The notes under the pieces were generated by a model, which worked only from the letters and a program-made list of their open reading frames with translations, did not search any database and was not told the origin of the DNA. Below are positions 56,101 through 64,000 of a stretch of 64,000 nucleotides of DNA, piece after piece; position 1 is the first letter of the stretch; every line of letters starts with the position of its first letter. The position numbers were made by a program, and so were the translations under genes. Source of the stretch: Histomonas meleagridis 2922-C6/04-290x (Eukaryota > Protista > Parabasalia); NCBI GenBank assembly GCA_020184695.1, contig JAANOX010000235.1, positions 102,419-166,418 of the forward strand, in the 5' to 3' direction.

Positions 56101-58110
56101 GATGTTAAAATTCCTGAAGTTAAAATAAACTATAAAAAGCGTCCCTAAACAATTAACTATTTCTGAAGCTCTTGCTAGAAAATTTAATACTAAAACAACA
56201 TCAAGTTCGGAAACAAATGATACATATACTTCAGATGATGAATCAGATTCATCTGATTCGTCGGATGAATCAAATACAAACAATAACGATAATTCGGACT
56301 CAGATCCTTTTGACGATGAAGAAACAAATGAGATAAATTATGATGAACTAATTGAAGATGTTAAAAAGATCGAAACGAAACAAGATGTAATAGATCTTAT
56401 AAATAAATGGAAAAACACAGCTAATGCACCAGGTTGGAAACACGAAGGAACTCACATTTCACAACATCCATTGTTACATATTATGTTACGAGAAAATAAG
56501 TGGTGTTACCCAGGTCTTTATCCTTGTCAATGTAAATGCAATAAAGTTCTCCCTTCAGGGAGTGCACTTAGAGCTCATATGGATAAAGAACATGTATGTA
56601 TAACAGATAAGAATCATATATATGGTTGTATTAAAAAATTGTTACAGATCAAAGACATATATTGGGAAATTCATGAAAATGAAAATAATACGAAATATTA
56701 TACAAATAATATTATTGTTTGTCCTTGCCCGGGATGTAAATATTTCACCGACGCCTATAAATCTCTTCTGTCTCACACACGGCATCCCATAAGGAATTCG
56801 ATAATAATAAAGAAGAATTAGGATGGTATTGGACAATGATAATAACATATGCGAAAACTAGAAACATCTTACCTAATGCTTTAAACATATTACAAGATAA
56901 AAAAGGATTCATTTGTAAAATATGTAATATACATTGGGGTTCAAATAATATTGGTATAGTTAATCATATTAAAAAAAGCAACATCCAAATTTTGATTATG
57001 AAGGTGGAGACATTAGATATAGAAGAATTAATTGTAAATCAATCATAAAATTTGGATATCAATAAAGATGTACAAGAAAGAATTGATGAAGACATAAATA
57101 AAATGAATGAACAAGTTGATAGATATAGGATAGCAACAGAAAGAGAAAGATCAAATGTTAAAGAAGAACCATTAATTATAAATGTTAGACAACGATTAAA
57201 TGCTAATAGAAGAAGAATCAGGGAAAACAACTTAAGAGTTAATAGATTAAGAGATCAACAACTTAACCAACAAAATACTAATGAGACAATTAACACAAAC
57301 ATAAATAGTCCACAAACTTCTGAACATGAGGATAATTATAATAGTTCAGAATATAGTTATTCTGAAGAAGAATCATCAAGTGACAATAAAGAAGAAACTA
57401 ATAATACGAATTTAAATATAAATTACCTTAAAAATCTTACAAGAGAACAATTATTAGAAGTAGCAAATAAATGGACTGAAGAATGTAATGAACAAGAACT
57501 TCAAATGATCTCATTACCAAAAATTCGGGGAAAGAATAAAACAAAGATCATCAGAGAAATCCCCAAACTATTCAAATATATAATAAAACATTTAATTAAA
57601 ATATGTGAACCATTAAAATGATAGACCAGAAGACGAAAAACTTTGATATTTGGGAAGGTTGTTTATCTAAAATCAATCTATTAAATAGAGAAGAAATTTG
57701 TAATACTTTAAAAATTACTGGAAATAAAATGTTACATAAAACACAAGGGATAGTTAGAAGTAACAGAAATAGAGAAATTAATATGGAAATGGAAACAGAA
57801 ATCAAAAATATTTATAAATTTAGCACTATCATTAGAAGAATTCATCACTTCTATCATAAACAGCAAACACAAATGATATTTAATATGATTAATAGGTTAA
57901 AAGATAAACTCATCAAACTTCTACCAAACATCAAAGATGAATTTAGAAATTGCATTGAAATAAATTTACCCAATGACATTGATAATCTAATGAATATGAC
58001 AACAGATTATTTAGAAGGTAAAACTACAATATATAGAAGCAAGAATTAATACGTTACAAACGAATCTAGGAGCTAGAAGAAAAGAGAATTACAAAGATTT
58101 AATACAAAAC

Positions 58111-59424
58111 ATGTATAGAGAAGATCCTAGAAGATGTCTTAGATGGTATGTTATTCCCAATACTACACCAGAATGTAAACTAGAACCAGATAAATTTGTT
58201 GAAACATATGGAAGAACATGGAGCCAAGAAAAACTAATAGAAAACAATGAAGAACTTATGTTAGATAAAATTATTGAGGCGGAAGATAATAATAGTTTAA
58301 TAACGGATTTATATGATGATGAATTAATTGAAGGGGCTATTATGTCGAGATCGAATATCTCGGCATATGGCCCTGACGAGATTTCAAATCTAATTTGGAA
58401 ACTTGGAAAGAAATATACAAGAGAAATGATCAAAAACACAATGTGGGTTACTATGAAATCGAAAAAATGTCCACAACTTTTAAAAAGAGGAAAAACAGTC
58501 ATGATATATAAAAAAGGTGATATTAATGATCCCCATTTTTGGAGACCAATTACTATCACTTCAACGTTCTACAGAATTTGGATGGTCGTTATATCAAGAG
58601 CGTTCCAAAACCTAAATAACAGACATAGATTCATATATAAGTCTCAAAAAGGTTTTATGCAATATCTAAATGCTACATCGGAACATTCGGTTATGTTAAA
58701 TGAGTTGATTCAACATGTTTCAAGAAATGAAGGATCAATTTATATAACAACTATCGATTTTGCAGATGCATTTGGATCAATATCACACGCTCAAATATTC
58801 AAATCAATGAAAGAAAAAGGCTTCATCAATCACATCGTTAATTTAGTCAAAGCATCTTATAAAGACACGACGACAAAGATTCAAATCCCATCGAAAGGTT
58901 CTTCAGATACGATTCATTTCAATTGTGGAGTTAAACATAGATGTCCCCTTTCACCAATCATTTTTAACATTTGTATAGACGCTTTATTAAATAAATTAGA
59001 ACAACAAACTATTGATGGATTCCATATTAAAGATAAAATCATCTGTGCACAAGCATATGCAGATGATTTAGTTCTAATCTCAGATACTAAAAGGGGAATA
59101 AACAATTTAATCAACACAGTGGAAAGATTCTGCAAATATGCGAAAATGGAAATACAACCACAAAAATGTAGAACCTTCTCTTATATTAATCATAACAATA
59201 ATCGTTCTTCAGCTGCTACAGAGTTTAAAATTGGTGATAAACTTATCCATATAATTAATATTAGAGGAGGTACTCCATATCTTGGAATAATGACTGCTTT
59301 AATGAAAAATACGAGAACAAAATCAGCAGCTTCGGAAATTAACAAAGCAATATCAGATGTAGGTAGCATTGGCTTAATCTATCTTGTTTTGTTAAATTAT
59401 GGTATTCTGCAGATAACGAACTAA
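58111..59424 (+). pseudogene. Reverse transcriptase domain of copy 1
   Basis: Non-LTR RT motifs including YADD; the canonical GVxQG motif has decayed to GVKHR. Confidence 0.9.
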
Positions 59425-59930
59425 GAGAAATTTTTCGTTATTAATGTTGAAACGAAAAATGTTTTAGATATAAAGTTAATATGGAGAATCCTCAAGAAGC
59501 TAATGATTTATTTTTTGGTATAAATAATCCTAATTACAGAAGAAATTTATACGGAACGTCAAACATTTTTAGCCGTGTAATTTCTATATTATGTAAAAGG
59601 AATATTTATTTGAAACTGAACAATACCGAAGAAGAACCAATTAGTATAGCATTAAATGATATTATAACAAATACTGATGAAAATAATTTCCTGGAAATAA
59701 TGAATAATTATTTTAATGAGTAACACTACAATAAATTAATATCTTCTGGATTAAGAGGTCATACATTCAAGACACTAAAAGATAGCAAAATATCCAATCA
59801 CTTTATTCCTTAATATTCTTGCTTATTAAATGATGAGATCATCAAATTTGCGGTAGAAGCAAGAACCAATAGCTTCTACACAGGACAATATGCAAGATTA
59901 AATAGTAATGACCTAGAAAATATTGGAAAT

Positions 59931-60437
59931 TGTAGATATTGTCAAAGACCAGACTCATTATAACATCGATTAAACGATTGCAAACATTTATTGAACAAAT
60001 TTAAACCTAGACATGATGCAATAGTCCGTGAATTAGTAGGAATGCTAATATCAAGAAGTAACAGATTAATCCATCTTGATAGTGTACTTCTAATTAATGG
60101 TAACAGAATAACCGGTGAAAACGATACTAAAAGACCTGATATTTGGTATGAAACAGATGATTCATATTATCTTATCGAAGTTACTGTCCCCTATGGTGAT
60201 GTAAGTGAAGAAAATGAATTGTCGTTAGAGGTAAGGTACAACGAGAAGAAAGAAAAATATGCGGAGCTTTTAGTAGATATCAAGAATCAATTTGGCAAAG
60301 ATGCCAAACTCTTTGTCATAGTGATTTCTTCACTTGGTGCATGGTACTCGGAATCTCTTAAAGATTTAAGGATCATAGCAGAAACAAAGGAAAACTTTAA
60401 GAGATTTGCTAAAAGAATGGTAATCGCTACACTATAG
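59931..60437 (+). pseudogene. CCHC knuckle and restriction-like endonuclease of copy 1
   Basis: CRYC-x7-H-x4-C (internal TAA), RHDAIV, KRPDIW, LIEVTVPYG, KKEKY. Confidence 0.88.
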
Positions 60438-60794
60438 TACTCTAGAAAGATCCTAATGAATATCTATAGTGAAGAGAACAGAAGGAACAATAGTTCTGAA
60501 GAAGACAGGTCGGCGTCATCAACTTCATCAACGTCATCATCGGAGGAATACAAGGAACATGAAGAGACAGAAGAGTACCTCGTCAACCCTAATGAACAAG
60601 CTGAAATAAAAGATATTCAAGATTTACCCGTGGAGTCAACAACGGATACAGAAGATGCAACAACGGGACAAGAGATGTTGTGTTCTACATCATCATCCTC
60701 TGGGGGTGAAGATGGTGATGAGAACAATGATAACATATTAACCCAAACCCCAACCTTTTAAATCACTTACTTTTAGTATGCTTGAGTAATAGAC

Positions 60795-60809
60795 CCACAC
60801 GGGAGGAGA
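60795..60809 (+). repeat. 15-bp direct repeat of the tRNA-Asn 3' end (probable target-site duplication)
   Basis: CCACACGGGAGGAGA is identical at 54623-54637 and 60795-60809. Confidence 0.9.
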
Positions 60810-63800
60810 ATGAATTTTTTTGAAACTTCTTTTTTGCCCCCGCAAACGCGATATTCGCGTTCTCCTCCAGGAGAGGACTACATCGATGTAAATTTTGACC
60901 GGATTCGTAAAGTTGACCCTCAATCTGATGCACATCAAGTTTTTCAGAACGACCATGGACAGTCACCAGATACAAGAGCAACCCCAATTATCATAGAATC
61001 TACCGAAGAACCACAAGTAACAGTCCCACCACAAGATTATGAGATAGAATTTATTCGAGAAGCACCATTTCCACACAAGATCGTTCTAGCACGAGGTATT
61101 CACTACAATCCACAACCCACAACACCTCAAGGTGAGGAATTACCTATTCCACCAGAATGGGTAATTATCTCATCAGATCCGACTATCATAAATCTTTTAC
61201 CAATAGATTGTGGAGAATCTCGAGGTCTTATTTTATATAGAGGTCAAGTCACAATAGAGTCAGGAATTTTAGTTATACATGAAAATACTCCAAGGATTCC
61301 CCTATCGTCCAGGGAAATTGAACGAGGTCTACTTGATTTAAGATATTTTGTAGGACCAAACAAACCTTGTCAAATGCCCTTGAGATATAATTTAAATGAT
61401 CCAAAAATCAGTTATATCTTTAATATCGCAGTCAATTGTCTTAAACAAAAAATCTATATTAATCAAACATTGATCAATATTAGTAACTTTTGGAGAAATA
61501 CCAACATTCTTACCGATCATTTAATCATCAATAATGGAAATATGAATCATGAAAATACATTAAGTTCTAACCATGAGAGTATTCTTAACCAAAACTCAAC
61601 AAATTCGACTTTAGTTACCGAACCAAATGTTCAAGTACATGAAATTAATTCAATATTCGAAACTGTCACATCTAATTCTACTGTTGTTAATCATTCTGTC
61701 AACCCAATAAACGAAACAGTTACATCTAATCCTATGGTATATTCTCATAATATTGAACCTCAATATTAAACAATCACCTCTAAGCCAATAATTAAGGAAC
61801 TTGAAATTGAACCGGAAAATCAAACAATTACATTTACACCTACTATTACAGGAAATAAAATTGAGCCAAATAATCAAACAATCACATTTACACCTACTAT
61901 TACAGACAATAAAATTGAGCCAAATAATCAAACAATTATCTCATATCCAATTATTAAACAACATGAAGTACAACCTTATTATGAAACTATTGTTTCTAAC
62001 GCTACAATTTTGAATCATAATATAAATGTAAATAAAGAAGAAATTACTTCAGAGGTTTTAATTAAAGAACATAACTTAAACATTAATAAAATTCCAATTG
62101 AGACTACTGCAGATATTCAAGAAAATATTATACATGTAAATAAAGTTAAAAAAGTTATTGATGTTGATGTCCCAGAATTTGAAATCCGTTATAATAAAAT
62201 ACCTAAAGATTTAAATATGTCAAAAATAACATCATTTAATTATTCTAATTTATCTAGTGATGAAGATAGTTTTAATGATGATTCAGATATTAATACTAAT
62301 CAAAATTCAAATGATAATGAACCAAATAACTTAAATAGTAATAATCATAAATCTGATTCAGATAGTGATAATGAAGATAATTCCACTAAAGAATTAGAAT
62401 CAAATTTATAACAAGAATTAAATTAAAGAGATTAAAGGTTGTAAAACTTGTGATGATATTAATAAATTAATTGATTATTAAAAAACTAAACAAAATTTAA
62501 ATATTTGGAAACATGAAAAGTTGAAATTAGCAGAACAACCAATCGTTCATATCATGATAAGAGAAAATAAATGGTGCAGACCAGGACCTTTTCCTTGTCA
62601 ATGTGAATGTGAAGAAACATTTAAAACTGCTAATGTATTATTAAATCATTATAATAAAAAACATAATCATAAACCTGACACTTATCATTTATATGGTTGT
62701 TTTCGAAATTTAATTAATAGAGATTTAATTTGGTTATTAAAGTTCGAAGATAATGACCAAAACTATTATAGAAATAATATAATTTCTTGTCCAATTCCTG
62801 AATGTAAATATTTTACTAATAATTTTAAATCTTTACTTTCTCATATTACTCATAATCATCAAGATTTAGATAAAGAAAGAAATACTATTGGTTGGTTATG
62901 GGCTATCATAATAAAATATGTTAAGAAATATGATGAAATTCCTTCAGTAAGCAATATTTTAACTAAAAGAGAAGGTTTTATTTGTAAGCAATGTAATATT
63001 TGCTGGGGTTCAGATCTCAAAGGTATTTGTAATCATGTTAAAAAACAACATGCTTTATACAGTTTAGAAGGTGCAGAATTACCTTATTCTAAAATTGAAT
63101 GTTATCCTATTTTAAGGACTGAATTTGATGAAGATTTATTAAATAAAATTAATCAAGATATTAAAAATAATGAAGATAAAATTATACTTAATAAAACATT
63201 CAAAAAAAATGAAAGTTTATCCATTAGATAAAATCCAATAGATTTAACTGATAAACAAATATTAACAAGACAACAAAGATTAAGTCGTGAGAATACCATG
63301 AGAAACATTTTGAATCGTAATTTACGATTGGAAAAATTAATTAAACGAAAATGACAAGAATATGAATGAAAATAATAATGAAAATAATGAATATTTTAAT
63401 ATTGATCCTAACAAAATTGTTATTCCTATAGATTCTAATAAGATTGAAGATTTGAATTATAGTTATTTAAATAATTTAGAAAGAGAACAATTATTAAATA
63501 TTGCTAAACAATGGACTAACTTAAATTTATTCCAAGAGAAACAAAATATTTCATTACCTAAAACTTGGGGTAAAAATAGAAGTCTGATTCAATCTGAAAT
63601 CCCTAAATTATTTAAAAATAAAATTGATCCTTTAATTAAATTATGTGAACCTAAAAATGATAGACCAATAGATGAAAACTTTTATATTTGGGAAGGTTGT
63701 CTTTTCAAAATTAATCTCTTAATTAGGGATGAAATTAGAGATATACTTAAAATTCCTTTAAATAAAATGTTACATAGAACAAATACAGTAGTAAAAAGTA

Positions 63801-64000
63801 CTGAAGAAATATAAAGAATTAGGAATTTAGAAAAAGATAATCATAACCTTAATAAATTGACAATTTGGATTAAGAAAATATATTATGAACTTTGTCATAA
63901 GAATAGAACTCAATCTATTCATAATATGATCAATCAAATTTCTTTAAAGATTTTAAATTTAATCCAATTCCTCCAGGATGATATAAAATCTTTATTAAAT
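60810..64000 (+). mobile_element. Second, divergent copy of the retrotransposon family, truncated by the window end
   Basis: Colinear homology to copy 1 (FL..TRYS, RGxHYNP, LDLRYFVGP, 18-aa repeats, HIMxRENKW, three C2H2 fingers, IWEGCL); in-frame stops. Confidence 0.9.
61620..62159 (+). repeat. Ten 54-nt (18-aa) coding repeats in copy 2
   Basis: Same register as copy 1; near-identical pair at 61821-61874 and 61875-61928. Confidence 0.88.

Larger units (their letters stand above)
54638..60794 (+). mobile_element. Non-LTR retrotransposon, RLE type (R2/NeSL-like), copy 1, degraded
   Basis: Reconstructable single ORF ~54645-60761: N-terminal domain, 18-aa repeats, three C2H2-like fingers, RT (SAYGPD, WRPI, QKGF, DFADAFGS, PLSP, AYADD), CCHC (59931-59981) and RLE (RHD, RPDI, IEVTVP, KKEKY, SSLGAW). 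Many stops and frameshifts. Confidence 0.92.

Noticed and set aside
60801-60812. Shine-Dalgarno-like GGAGG directly before the ATG of copy 2
   Set aside because: It is simply the tRNA acceptor-stem sequence in the duplicated target, in a eukaryotic genome.
60400-62500. Directional hypermutation (RIP-like) as the cause of stop codons in the retroelements
   Set aside because: The few stops imply mixed substitution types; a consensus alignment is needed before any bias can be claimed.

Overview
AT-rich eukaryotic genomic DNA, almost certainly from a parabasalid (Trichomonas/Tritrichomonas/Histomonas group). This is inferred from DUF3447-ankyrin genes, BspA leucine-rich repeats, carbamate kinase, an Inr/M3/M5-type core promoter grammar and no recognisable canonical introns. 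About 25 mostly single-exon genes are present (HSP70, carbamate kinase, kinase, amino-acid transporter, I/LWEQ talin-like protein, MYST acetyltransferase, RPL23, BspA x2, SDR, ankyrin-RhoGEF, C39-like peptidase, acyltransferase-3, Ap4A phosphorylase, SGF29-like, RRP15-like, Mrp/Ind1 ATPase, TPR protein, TAF6). Several carry frameshifts that could be decay or assembly error. Two things stand out. (1) In two separate DUF3447-ankyrin genes, every ankyrin repeat is cut at the same point (after ...KD/ND, before T/S-A/P-L) by a 60-83 nt T-rich spacer that usually shifts frame and lacks a consistent GT-AG. This is a candidate non-canonical intron or recoding system. (2) A tRNA-Asn(GTT) gene is followed by a head-to-tail stack of two divergent RLE-type non-LTR retrotransposons. 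Each starts right after the same 15-bp tRNA 3'-end sequence, carries a T7 run that could act as the tRNA's Pol III terminator, and encodes an unexplained 18-aa beta-type repeat upstream of zinc fingers (RT and endonuclease are visible only in copy 1). No database searches were run; family calls rest on motif recognition.
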